Positions 17,430 through 28,807 of a DNA stretch of 51,107 nucleotides are shown here, in pieces. The notes under the pieces were generated by a model that saw only the letters and a list, made by a program, of their open reading frames with translations, was not told where the DNA came from and ran no database searches. A program made the position numbers and the translations under genes. The number at the start of each line of letters is the position of its first letter. The stretch's first letter is position 1. Origin of the DNA: an uncultured Oscillospiraceae bacterium (GTDB lineage Bacteria > Bacillota > Clostridia > Saccharofermentanales > UBA5734); contig CAZOHH010000006.1 of assembly GCA_964579735.1 (NCBI GenBank), forward strand, positions 1 through 51,107, in the 5' to 3' direction.

Positions 17430-18521
17430 GTGCCCCTCGACGAACGGAAGAGAAGCATCCTCAAGGCGGTCGTGGACGACTACATCGAGACGGCGGAGCC
17501 CATCGGCTCCAAGCAGCTCGTGAGCCGCCATGCGCTTGCCGTGAGCCCTGCGACGGTCCGCAACGAGATGTCGGACCTCGAGCATCTCGGATATCTCGAG
17601 CAGCCGCACACCTCCTCGGGACGCATCCCGTCCGACAAAGGATATCGCGAGTACGTGGATTCATTGATGCGCGTCGAAACCCTGCCTGCGGAGGAACAGG
17701 AAACCATCCGTTCCCGCCTGGCCGACCATTTCGACGAGTTGAGCGAAGTGCTGCGGAATGCTTCGTCCGTCCTCTCCTCCAGCACCGGATACACCTCCGT
17801 CGCGATGACCCCGCGTCTGCGCCAATCCCACCTGAAGCAGATCAAGATGCTCATGATCGAACCCGGGCGCGCCGTCGTGGTCGTCGTCCTGGCCGCAGGC
17901 ATCGTGAAGGACCGCGTCGTGCGGATCCCTGAACTGATGGATGCCGAAACACTGGCGAAGGTCTCCGCAGCCGTCGAGGAAGGCCTGTCGGGCATGAAGC
18001 TCGAGGACATCACCCTCATCGCCGTCACGACCGCGGGGCGGCGCGCGAAGCTGCCGGACAGCTTGTTGAACCAGATCCTCTACGAAGCCTATATCTCCAT
18101 CAAGCAGGCCGACAACATGTCGGTCTACATGGAGGGGAGCCACCGCATGCTCGGCTTCCCGGAGTTCCAGGAGATCCGCAAGGCCCGGGGTTTCCTGGAC
18201 GCCTTGGCAGAAGAAGGTCTTATCGCCGGTTATCTTGCCGAGGAGACCTCGGACGCATCGGATTGCGGGGATGTGGACAAGAGCCCCTATATGATCCGAA
18301 TCGGACAGGAAATCGCTTTGGAAGGGCTCGATGGGTGCAGCTTCGTGACGACGACCTGCCGTGACGGAGCCACTCTGCTTGGAAGCATCGGCGTCATCGG
18401 GCCAAAGCGGATGGACTACTCGAATGTCGTATCCCACATCGGATTCGTGCGGCGCACCATCGACGACGGCATCCGGCAGCTCATGGAGGGCCACAGGCCC
18501 ACGGAGGACCGCAGCAGATGA
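17430..18521 (+). CDS. hrcA: Heat-inducible transcription repressor HrcA
   Basis: LDERKRSILKAVVDDYIETAEPIGSK, SPATVRNEM, QPHTSSGRIPSDKGYR, GPKRMDY; GTG start at 17430. Confidence 0.97.
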   Translation: MPLDERKRSILKAVVDDYIETAEPIGSKQLVSRHALAVSPATVRNEMSDLEHLGYLEQPHTSSGRIPSDKGYREYVDSLMRVETLPAEEQETIRSRLADHFDELSEVLRNASSVLSSSTGYTSVAMTPRLRQSHLKQIKMLMIEPGRAVVVVVLAAGIVKDRVVRIPELMDAETLAKVSAAVEEGLSGMKLEDITLIAVTTAGRRAKLPDSLLNQILYEAYISIKQADNMSVYMEGSHRMLGFPEFQEIRKARGFLDALAEEGLIAGYLAEETSDASDCGDVDKSPYMIRIGQEIALEGLDGCSFVTTTCRDGATLLGSIGVIGPKRMDYSNVVSHIGFVRRTIDDGIRQLMEGHRPTEDRSR

Positions 18522-19102
18522 GTCGCAGACATGACAAGAAGGACATGGAGCAGGAATTGGCCGCCAAGGAGGCGTGCGCGGCAGAGGGTGAGTCCGTCGA
18601 GCGGATCCTCGACGAGGAATCGGCGGAGACGGTCTCTGATATCCCCGAATCCATCGACGACGCGAAGGACCGTCTTGTTCTCGAACTCAAGGACGCCTTG
18701 CTCCGCTTGACCGCTGAATTCGACAACTACCAGCGGCGGACACAGCGCGAGAAGGACCAGCTATATGCCGACTCCGTCGCGGATGTCGCGCTGCATTGGC
18801 TGCCCGTGCTCGACAACCTCGAACGTGCCGCGTCCGTGGCGGCCGCCAGTGCCATCACGGAGACGGTCCCGATCGCGGAAGGTCTCGTAATGGTTCTTCG
18901 TCAGGCGAACGAAGCGATGGCGAAGATCGGCGTCGAGGAAGTTCCCGCCTTGGGCAAGATCTTCGACCCCCACCTCCACAACGCCGTCATGCATATCGAA
19001 GACGATTCCCTTGGGGCCTCCGTCGTTGCAGAGGTCTTCCAGAAGGGCTACCGCTGCGGTGGGAAAGTGATCCGACACAGCATGGTCAAAGTCGCGAACT
19101 AG
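18518..19102 (+). CDS. grpE: Nucleotide exchange factor GrpE
   Basis: [32 protein letters not shown]...VIRHSMVKV. Confidence 0.97.
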   Translation: MSRRHDKKDMEQELAAKEACAAEGESVERILDEESAETVSDIPESIDDAKDRLVLELKDALLRLTAEFDNYQRRTQREKDQLYADSVADVALHWLPVLDNLERAASVAAASAITETVPIAEGLVMVLRQANEAMAKIGVEEVPALGKIFDPHLHNAVMHIEDDSLGASVVAEVFQKGYRCGGKVIRHSMVKVAN

Positions 19103-19179
19103 CGGTACGCCGTCGGCGGACGCCGCATGGCACCGAGTTTTGTGCGGACCCGAGAACGGGCCGCAAGAAGGAGTACATC

Positions 19180-20988
<1,809 letters not shown>

Positions 20989-21089
20989 GACCAGACAAGA
21001 CGTGAGGCACGAACGACGGTCCGCCGGTTTCCCCTTCTTCGGGGACCGGCGGGCTTCGTTCTGGAACGTGAAACGGACGGAGGCGAACC

Positions 21090-22211
21090 TTGCCGGAGAA
21101 GAGGGACTATTATGAGGTACTCGGTGTCGGGCGGAACGCATCCGACGAGGAGATCAAGAAGGCCTATCGGAAACTCGCCAAGCAGTACCACCCCGACCTG
21201 AATCCGGACGACAAGCCGTCCGAGACGAAGTTCAAGGAGGCCAGCGAGGCCTATTCCGTTCTCTCCGACACGGAGAAGAAGGCGCGATACGATCAGTACG
21301 GCCATGCCGGCGTCGACCCCCAGGGCGGGGCCGGTGGTTTCGACGGGGGCGGATTCGACATCAACCTCGACGATATCTTCGGTTCCTTCTTCGGCGGGGG
21401 TGGGCGACGCCGTGCCGGACCTGCACGGGGCTCCAATCTCAAGTACCGGATGGGCCTGGAATTCCTGGAGGCGGCATTCGGGTGCGAGAAGGAAATCACG
21501 ATCAACAAGGAGGATCTCTGCGACACCTGCCACGGCACAGGTTCGAAGGACGGTTCGGCGCCTAAGAAGTGCACCGCCTGCAACGGCACGGGACAGGTCT
21601 CGCAACGCCAGCAGACCATGTTCGGAACGGTCATGACGAATCGTGCCTGCTCGACCTGCGGAGGACAGGGCAGCGTCGTGACGGACCCCTGTCCTGCCTG
21701 CTCGGGCCGTGGACGACGTCCGAAGAAGAAGACGTTGAAGGTCAAGGTGCCCGCAGGCGTCGATACCGGCCAGAGCCTCGTGATGCAGAACGAGGGCGAG
21801 CCCGGCGCGAAGGGTGGCGGCTACGGTGACCTGTACGTCGAATTCCACATCCGACCGCACCCCGTCTTCAGCCGCGAAGGCTTCCAGACATTCTGCGAAA
21901 TCCCCGTGACCTTCGTTCAAGCGGCTTTGGGTGCGGAACTCGACGTGCCTACCATCGATGGTCCTACGAAATTCCGCATCAAGGAGGGCACGCAGTCCGG
22001 TGAACGATTCACGCTGCGGGCCAAGGGAATTCCCCGTGGAGACCGCAACGGCTACCGCGGAGACCATGTCTTTCTGGTGTCCGTCGAGGTCCCGAAGCAT
22101 CTGGATGCGAAGCAGAAGGAGCTCCTCAAGGAATTCGAGGCACTCAGCGGCGACCGCAACTACGAAAAGCGCAAGGGCTTCTTCGACAAGTTGAAGGAAG
22201 TCTTCCGATGA
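21090..22211 (+). CDS. dnaJ: Chaperone DnaJ
   Basis: J domain HPD, G/F region, four CxxCxGxG repeats; TTG start with GGAGG. Confidence 0.97.
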   Translation: MPEKRDYYEVLGVGRNASDEEIKKAYRKLAKQYHPDLNPDDKPSETKFKEASEAYSVLSDTEKKARYDQYGHAGVDPQGGAGGFDGGGFDINLDDIFGSFFGGGGRRRAGPARGSNLKYRMGLEFLEAAFGCEKEITINKEDLCDTCHGTGSKDGSAPKKCTACNGTGQVSQRQQTMFGTVMTNRACSTCGGQGSVVTDPCPACSGRGRRPKKKTLKVKVPAGVDTGQSLVMQNEGEPGAKGGGYGDLYVEFHIRPHPVFSREGFQTFCEIPVTFVQAALGAELDVPTIDGPTKFRIKEGTQSGERFTLRAKGIPRGDRNGYRGDHVFLVSVEVPKHLDAKQKELLKEFEALSGDRNYEKRKGFFDKLKEVFR

Positions 22212-23179
22212 GGTGGCTCCAATTGGAGGCGCTGTCCACGAGCGAGGCGTCCGATGCGGTCTGTGAAGCTTTCATGGACCTTGGAGCCGATGGGACCGCG
22301 GTGGAGGACCCGGGGGAGATCCTCGCCCTGCTTGCACAGCCCGGATCCCTTTCCTATGCGGACGAAGGTTATGCCGAATCGCTCGGGACCGACGTACGCA
22401 TCCGCGCGTTCTTTCCGGAGTTGGACGAGGGACTCCGCACCGCCGTTGGATTCCGGAGCGTCGAGGAGCTCATGGCTCGCGCGGCGGAGCGCCTGGCGGA
22501 CGTCGGTCGATTCCTCCCCCTCGGGAAAGGAACCCTTTCCTGCTCCTTCGTCGCCGACGAGGATTGGGCCAATGGCTGGAAGAAATACTACCACCCGTTG
22601 AAGATGTCCCCCCGCATCGTCGTCTGTCCCTCCTGGGAGACCTACCAACCGATGGAAGGGGAGAGGGTCGTCTCCCTCGATCCCGGGTCCGCTTTCGGGA
22701 CGGGTTCGCACGAAACCACCGCTCTGTGCGCCGAACGCATCGACGCGCTGTTGCGCCCGGGTGCGGCGGTCCTGGATCTCGGCTGCGGCTCCGGAATCCT
22801 CGCCATCATCGCGGCGAAGCTGGACGCCGGATCGGTAGAGGCCATCGACATCGACGTACTCGCCGTTCGCGTCGCCGAGGAGAATGGACGCATCAACGAC
22901 GTGGTCGTCGATTTCCATCAAGGAGAACTCAAGGATGCGCACCGACCCACATACGACCTCATCGTCGCGAACATCATCGCGGACGTGATCGCCGCACTCG
23001 CACCCGATGTCCCGCGGCACCTCTCTCCCGACGGCTTCTTCGTGGCGTCCGGGATCATCGCCGATAAATCGGGGAAGGTCCTCTCTGCCTGCGAATCCAG
23101 CGGACTCGAACTCCTCGAATCACACCGGAGGAACGACTGGTGCGCGTACGTATTCCGCCACCGGTCCATGGCAGGATGA
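22208..23179 (+). CDS. prmA: Ribosomal protein L11 methyltransferase
   Basis: [38 protein letters not shown]; follows dnaJ. Confidence 0.95.
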   Translation: MRWLQLEALSTSEASDAVCEAFMDLGADGTAVEDPGEILALLAQPGSLSYADEGYAESLGTDVRIRAFFPELDEGLRTAVGFRSVEELMARAAERLADVGRFLPLGKGTLSCSFVADEDWANGWKKYYHPLKMSPRIVVCPSWETYQPMEGERVVSLDPGSAFGTGSHETTALCAERIDALLRPGAAVLDLGCGSGILAIIAAKLDAGSVEAIDIDVLAVRVAEENGRINDVVVDFHQGELKDAHRPTYDLIVANIIADVIAALAPDVPRHLSPDGFFVASGIIADKSGKVLSACESSGLELLESHRRNDWCAYVFRHRSMAG

Positions 23180-23979
23180 ATCGATTCTTCCTGGACCGGA
23201 TTCTTCCCCGGGAACAGCTCTCCGTAGAGCTGACCGGAGCGGATGCGCACCATCTTCGCGACGTACTCCGCGCAAGAACCGGCGAGAACGTCGTGGTCTG
23301 CGATGCGGTAGGAACGGAGCATCGCTGTGAGGTCGCGCGTCTGGATGCGGCCTCGGTCACACTTTCGATCATCGAACGCTTCGCCGGCGAGATGGAACCC
23401 CCCTATGAGGCGGTCCTGCTGCAGGGGCTCGTCAAGGGCGACCGCATGGACACGCTCATCCAGAAGTCCGTCGAACTTGGGGTCGCTCGCATCGTGCCCT
23501 TTGCTGCAGGACGAAGCGTCGTTCGGCTCGAACGTGAGGATGGCGTGCGGAAATCGGAGCGCTGGAGCCGCATCGCGGAGGAAGCCGCCAAGCAATGTGG
23601 AAGAAGTCGGATTCCCCGAGTCGACTCCCCGGTCTCGTTCGCGGAAGCCTTGTCGATTGCCCAGAACTCGGATCTCTCCTTCCTGCCTTGGGAAAACGAG
23701 AGGGACCGCTCCCTGCGAACCTGGAGACTCGAAGAAAGGACCGACCGGATTCTTCGGGAAACCTACAGTTCCAGGCGAATTCCGACCATCGCCTTCTTCA
23801 TAGGACCCGAGGGTGGATTTGAAGCGGAAGAGATACGAAAGGCCCATGCTGCGGGCATTACGACCCTTTCTCTCGGCAGACGCATTCTCCGTGCGGAGAC
23901 CGCCGGCCCCGCCGTCCTTGCGCAACTATCGCTGCTTCTGGAGATGGACCGCGAACCCCTGTGGACCCTTCCGATTTGA
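23176..23979 (+). CDS. rsmE: 16S rRNA m3U1498 methyltransferase
   Basis: HHLRDVLR, QKSVELGV, EAAKQCGR, IGPEGGF, LGRRILRAETA. Confidence 0.95.
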   Translation: MNRFFLDRILPREQLSVELTGADAHHLRDVLRARTGENVVVCDAVGTEHRCEVARLDAASVTLSIIERFAGEMEPPYEAVLLQGLVKGDRMDTLIQKSVELGVARIVPFAAGRSVVRLEREDGVRKSERWSRIAEEAAKQCGRSRIPRVDSPVSFAEALSIAQNSDLSFLPWENERDRSLRTWRLEERTDRILRETYSSRRIPTIAFFIGPEGGFEAEEIRKAHAAGITTLSLGRRILRAETAGPAVLAQLSLLLEMDREPLWTLPI

Positions 23980-24005
23980 CATCCCGCAAAAGCGCAGATT
24001 ATAAT
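23976..24005 (+). promoter_or_regulatory. Consensus sigmaA promoter, likely giving a leaderless mRNA
   Basis: TTGACA-18-TATAAT with 7 nt between it and ATG 24013. Confidence 0.8.
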
Positions 24006-24012
24006 CACTCCG

Positions 24013-25344
24013 ATGAATCAAAGCAGAAACCATACATTCAAGGCCTTCTCCCGTCTTTTCACCCATCGACGCAGACGCGGAGTCCGGAACGGGGAGGTCG
24101 AAAGATCTAGGATCGTACTCCGTTCCTTCGCGATCGTGGCCCTCTTCGCCACCGTCGGAACTCTTGCCCTTGCTCCGCTCTTCTTCCGCTTGACGCCGAT
24201 TGATGTCGATCGGCTTCCAAGTTGCGTTCAGGTCATCTCTCCGACAGGAGAACTGACATTCCTGACGTATCGCACGACTCTGATCACGGCGTTGGACGAA
24301 GAGGGAATTCCTCTGGGCTCCGAGGACCGCTTGAATCTGCCAGCCGATTTCCCCCTGCAGGCCGGTGACCGCTATCTTGTCCAGATCGATGACCTTCATA
24401 GCGTCCGTCTGTCCTGGAATGGGGTCGTCCTTGCCGCAACGGCGTCCGATGGACCCATCGCCGCGCTCGCGACTCTCGCAGGATATTCCGATGTCCCGGT
24501 AACGGGCCGAGACCGCATCGAGGCCAATCCTACCGGTGGCGTCGTCGGTGACGAGACTTCTGTCTCATATATCACGGTGCGAAGCGAATTCGTTGCGACG
24601 CAGGAGGCCGTCCCATTCAAGACGGTCTACCTCGACGACCCGGCCTACCGTATCGGATATTCCTCCATCGTCCAGAGTGGAAAGAACGGTGTGAGGGAAA
24701 TCACGTACGAAGAGGTCTTCGAGGACGGACTGCTGACTGAACGCAATGCCGTGAAGTCGGAAATCGTAAAGAATCCGGTTTCGAAAATCATTCGAAGAGG
24801 CTCTTCGACATCGACCGCCCTTGGTCTTCGGAAAGTCTGGGCGACGCAGGTCGCCCGCCGATACAATGCCATCGCGCCCATGCTCGTCAAGAATGGCTCC
24901 TACAACTATCAGACCTTCACCGACAACCATGACGGATCCATCACCGTCGATGGGCGGACCTTCAGCGTGATTTCCGAGGCGAAACACAACATCACGGCCT
25001 ACGACGCCGTCGAATGGTATGTGATCAGCCACGGTGGCAGATCCAAATTCCCACCTGGAACGGCGATTCCGGAAGGCCCCACCTTCAGCGGAATCCCAGC
25101 CCGACGGGGCATCGTCGCAACCTATGCTTTCAAGGAATCGGGGAAGTGGGTCGCAACGCGGATGCCCATGGGCACCGTCCTGTTCATCGAGCGCTACGGA
25201 CTGGCCGTGGTCGGCGACATCCATCATGTCACGCACGACATCGACCGCATCGACCTTGCCTATGATCCCCGCGAAGTCCTCGACCACTATTGGTTGGGCG
25301 TGACGAACCGCAGGGTATACGTCATCGACTTTCCTGTCCAATAG
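24013..25344 (+). CDS. Membrane-anchored G5 plus 3D-like domain protein (YabE-like cell-wall protein)
   Basis: N-terminal TM, G5 (EAVPFKTVYLDDP...QSGKNG...IIRRGS), C-terminal MPMGTVLFIERYGLAVVGD...RIDL; position upstream of rsmA matches yabE. Confidence 0.75.
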   Translation: MNQSRNHTFKAFSRLFTHRRRRGVRNGEVERSRIVLRSFAIVALFATVGTLALAPLFFRLTPIDVDRLPSCVQVISPTGELTFLTYRTTLITALDEEGIPLGSEDRLNLPADFPLQAGDRYLVQIDDLHSVRLSWNGVVLAATASDGPIAALATLAGYSDVPVTGRDRIEANPTGGVVGDETSVSYITVRSEFVATQEAVPFKTVYLDDPAYRIGYSSIVQSGKNGVREITYEEVFEDGLLTERNAVKSEIVKNPVSKIIRRGSSTSTALGLRKVWATQVARRYNAIAPMLVKNGSYNYQTFTDNHDGSITVDGRTFSVISEAKHNITAYDAVEWYVISHGGRSKFPPGTAIPEGPTFSGIPARRGIVATYAFKESGKWVATRMPMGTVLFIERYGLAVVGDIHHVTHDIDRIDLAYDPREVLDHYWLGVTNRRVYVIDFPVQ

Positions 25345-25357
25345 GGGAGGAGCGGAG

Positions 25358-26206
25358 TTGGGAATACGCGAGACCCGAGACCTGATGGGTCGACATGGCG
25401 TTCGTCCGACGAAGTCGCTCGGTCAGAACTTTCTCGTCGACGAGAACGTTCTGGCGAAGATCGCCGCCCAGGGAGATCTTGGACCCGATGACCTCGTCAT
25501 CGAAGTGGGACCGGGTCTCGGTGCGCTGACCCGACACCTCGCGGTTCTGGCCGGCCGGGTCGTCGCCGTCGAGATCGATCGTCACCTGCTGCCCGCTCTG
25601 ACCGAGAACCTGAAGGATCTGGAAAACGTGGAAGTCGTACACGCCGATATCCTCGATTGTGACCTGGCCTCTCTGGCTCACGAATGGAAAGGCTCCGTCA
25701 AGGTCGTGGCGAACCTGCCATACTACATCACCACTTCAATCGTCATGAAATTTCTCGAGGAGTATCCTGCATGTTCACGCATGGTATTCCTCGTCCAACG
25801 TGAAGTCGCGGACCGCATGGCGGCAGTCCCGGGCTCCAAGGAATACGGCTCTCTTTCGATTGCCGTGCGCTACTATGCCGAGCCGAAACGAGCTTTCTCC
25901 GTACCCCCCACTTGCTTCATGCCTGCACCTGAAGTCGCCTCCGCGGTCGTGCGGCTGGACGTCCGCTCCGAGCCGCCCGTGGCGCTCATCGACCGTCGAC
26001 TGTTCTTCGCCGTCATTCGAGCCGCTTTCGGCCAGCGACGCAAGACGCTTCACAACGCGCTGGGGACGTCCGGTCTGGTTCCGGGTGGGCGGGACGCGCT
26101 CGCTAGCGTACTCGTTGAACTCGATTTCCCCCCCTCCATCCGAGGCGAAGCGCTTTCAATGGAGCAATTCGCACAGTTGGCCAACCGAATTGCAAGTATG
26201 AAATAG
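25358..26206 (+). CDS. rsmA: 16S rRNA adenine dimethyltransferase
   Basis: KSLGQNFL, EVGPGLGALT, VANLPYYIT, AFGQRRKTL. Confidence 0.97.
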   Translation: MGIRETRDLMGRHGVRPTKSLGQNFLVDENVLAKIAAQGDLGPDDLVIEVGPGLGALTRHLAVLAGRVVAVEIDRHLLPALTENLKDLENVEVVHADILDCDLASLAHEWKGSVKVVANLPYYITTSIVMKFLEEYPACSRMVFLVQREVADRMAAVPGSKEYGSLSIAVRYYAEPKRAFSVPPTCFMPAPEVASAVVRLDVRSEPPVALIDRRLFFAVIRAAFGQRRKTLHNALGTSGLVPGGRDALASVLVELDFPPSIRGEALSMEQFAQLANRIASMK

Positions 26207-26288
26207 TGATATTTCATTCTTCCCGCCAACGGACGTCTATGCTACCATGACCGTGACGGCGAATGGTACGCTGGAAAGGACGGAAAAA

Positions 26289-28037
26289 ATGGTATGCACG
26301 AACAAATCGGTACTTCTTTGGGTCAAGGAAATGGCAGAGCTGACGAAGCCCGACGAGATCGTCTGGATCGACGGATCCAAGACCGAGAAGGATAGACTCG
26401 AAGCCCAATCCGTATCGACTGGCGAGGTCTCCCGTTTGGATCCCGTGAAACTTCCCGGATGCCTCTACCACAGGACGGCCGTCAACGACGTCGCCCGCGT
26501 CGAGCACCGCACCTTCATCTGCACCTCGAAGAAGGAAGACGCCGGACACACCAACAACTGGATGGCTCCAGCGGATGCCTATGCGAAGATGCGCCTTCTC
26601 TTCGACGGTTCCATGAAGGGTCGGACGATGTACGTCATCCCGTACCTCATGGGCCCTGCCGGTTCCCCTATTTCCAAGGTCGGCATCGAACTGACCGATA
26701 GCATCTACGTCGTCTTGAACATGCGCATCATGACCCGCATGGGCGATGTCGCGATGAAGCAGCTCGGCGACTCCCCCGAGTTCGTGAAGGGTCTGCACGG
26801 CAAAGCGCAGGTAGACGAAGAGAACCGCTACATCATGCACTTCCCCGAGGACAATGCCATCTGGTCGATCAACTCCGGATACGGCGGAAACGTCCTGCTC
26901 GGCAAGAAGTGCTTCGCCCTCCGAATCGCCAGCCACCTCGCCCATCGGGAAGGCTGGCTCGCCGAGCACATGCTGATTCTGGGCATCGAGTCACCGGACG
27001 GCAAGGTCCAGTACATCACCGGCGCGTTTCCCAGCGCCTGCGGCAAGACCAATCTCGCCATGCTGATTCCTCCCGCCTACGCCAAGGGCTACAAGGTCTT
27101 CACCGTCGGTGACGACATCGCCTGGATGCGCGTCGGCGAAGATGGCCGTCTGTGGGGCGTGAACCCCGAAGCCGGCTTCTTCGGGGTCGCTCCCGGCACC
27201 AGCATGAAGTCGAACCCCAACGCCCTGCTGACCACGAAGTCCAACACCATCTTCACGAATGTCGTCCTGACCGAGGACAACGACGTGTGGTGGGAAGGAA
27301 TGGGCATCCCCGCTCCCGCCAAGGGCACGGACTGGAAGGGCAATCCATGGACTCCCGCCTCCGCCGAAAAGGGCGCGCACGCCAACTCCCGCTTCACAGC
27401 GCCGGCGGCCCAGTGCCCCTGCATCTCTCCCAAGTGGGAAGCCCCAGAAGGCGTCCCCATCAGCGCCATGCTGTTCGGCGGCCGCCGCGCCAAGGCCGCG
27501 CCGCTGGTCTACCAGTCCTTCGACTGGGAACACGGCGTGTTCGTCGGCGCGACGATGGCTTCCGAGACGACCGCGGCCGCTTCCGGCGCCGTCGGCGTCG
27601 TGCGTCGCGACCCCATGGCCATGCTGCCCTTCTGTGGCTACAACATGGGCGACTATTTCGCGCACTGGCTTGCCGTCGGCAAGAAGGCCAGCAAGAAGCC
27701 GTTGATCTTCAACGTCAACTGGTTCCGCACCGATGACGCCGGCAAGTTCGTCTGGCCGGGCTACGGAGAGAATTTCCGCGTGCTGAAGTGGATCCTGGAC
27801 CGCTGCGACGGCAAGGTCGACGCCGTGAAGACCCCCATCGGCTTCATGCCGAAGGCGGAGGACATCGATCTCACCGGTCTCGACGGCTTCACTACGGAAG
27901 ACCTGAAGGCCATCCTCACCATCGACAAAGCCGTCTGGGATGATGAAATCAAGGGCATAGAGGAACATTTCTCGAAATTCGACCGTCTGCCCAAGGAGAT
28001 GACCGAACAGCTCGCCGCTCTCAAGCTGCGCTTCTAG
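26289..28037 (+). CDS. pckG: Phosphoenolpyruvate carboxykinase (GTP)
   Basis: DVARVE, SGYGGN..LGKKCFALR, AEHMLILG, AFPSACGKTNLAM, VGDDIAW, RRDPMAMLPFCGY. Confidence 0.97.
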   Translation: MVCTNKSVLLWVKEMAELTKPDEIVWIDGSKTEKDRLEAQSVSTGEVSRLDPVKLPGCLYHRTAVNDVARVEHRTFICTSKKEDAGHTNNWMAPADAYAKMRLLFDGSMKGRTMYVIPYLMGPAGSPISKVGIELTDSIYVVLNMRIMTRMGDVAMKQLGDSPEFVKGLHGKAQVDEENRYIMHFPEDNAIWSINSGYGGNVLLGKKCFALRIASHLAHREGWLAEHMLILGIESPDGKVQYITGAFPSACGKTNLAMLIPPAYAKGYKVFTVGDDIAWMRVGEDGRLWGVNPEAGFFGVAPGTSMKSNPNALLTTKSNTIFTNVVLTEDNDVWWEGMGIPAPAKGTDWKGNPWTPASAEKGAHANSRFTAPAAQCPCISPKWEAPEGVPISAMLFGGRRAKAAPLVYQSFDWEHGVFVGATMASETTAAASGAVGVVRRDPMAMLPFCGYNMGDYFAHWLAVGKKASKKPLIFNVNWFRTDDAGKFVWPGYGENFRVLKWILDRCDGKVDAVKTPIGFMPKAEDIDLTGLDGFTTEDLKAILTIDKAVWDDEIKGIEEHFSKFDRLPKEMTEQLAALKLRF

Positions 28038-28185
28038 AGCGTGGCTTCCAGCTAGGCGTTCCCATAAGCGTTCGAGGCGCGAGCCGAGAGGCAGCTTATG
28101 GACTGGAACGCCTTGCCGGAAACGCGCGGGGAACTAGAGCGCATCTTCACAGCGCGCTGCTTCCGGTCAGTCGCCTACAGTCGTA

Positions 28186-28222
28186 AAAGGAGCCCTCGCC
28201 CGAATGGGCGGGGGTTCCTTTC
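28186..28222 (+). terminator. Intrinsic terminator downstream of pckG
   Basis: AAAGGAGCCCTCGCCC-GAAT-GGGCGGGGGTTCCTTT. Confidence 0.75.
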
Positions 28223-28333
28223 AATTCACACGACCCAACGATAGGCGTTCCCTTTCCGCGCACACCGGTGAAAGGTATAATCAAAGGAGACGTGCCCTAG
28301 GAAAAATCACGCATGCCCCAGGAGGCGATGAAC

Positions 28334-28807
28334 ATGCCTACTCCCAAGAGGATCGAGGTCCGGATCGGCGGAAGCCAGTATACGCTGCTCACGGGCGACG
28401 ACGAAGCCATCGCGCGCAGGGTAGCCGCCCAGGCCGACCAACTCGTGCGTCGGATCCTCCAGAACAACCCGGCACTCAACCAGACGGCTGCGCTGGTGTT
28501 GGGCTTGGTGAACACGATCGATGAAAGTCTTCGAACCGAAACCCGACTCGAACTCCTCGAGGGACGCCTGAACGAGGCAGAAGGTCGAGTTACGGAATCA
28601 CGCACGGAGATGCTGCGGTTCAAGGAGAAGGTGGAGGCCGCCAATGTGGAGATGCAGCGACTCCGGATGCTCCTGGAGCGTTCCGAGCGCGATGCAAGAC
28701 GTTCCGATCCGGATGGCGTGGAAGTTCAGAAGGTCGTGCAGTCGTCCTTCATGGACGGACTCTCCACGCGAGACGAGGAGCCTTCCCGGGATACGGAGGA
28801 ATGTTGA
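28334..28807 (+). CDS. zapA: Cell division protein ZapA-like
   Basis: KRIEVRIGGSQYTL...VAAQADQ...AALVLGLVNTIDE followed by a coiled coil; TATAAT at 28276-28281. Confidence 0.75.
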   Translation: MPTPKRIEVRIGGSQYTLLTGDDEAIARRVAAQADQLVRRILQNNPALNQTAALVLGLVNTIDESLRTETRLELLEGRLNEAEGRVTESRTEMLRFKEKVEAANVEMQRLRMLLERSERDARRSDPDGVEVQKVVQSSFMDGLSTRDEEPSRDTEEC

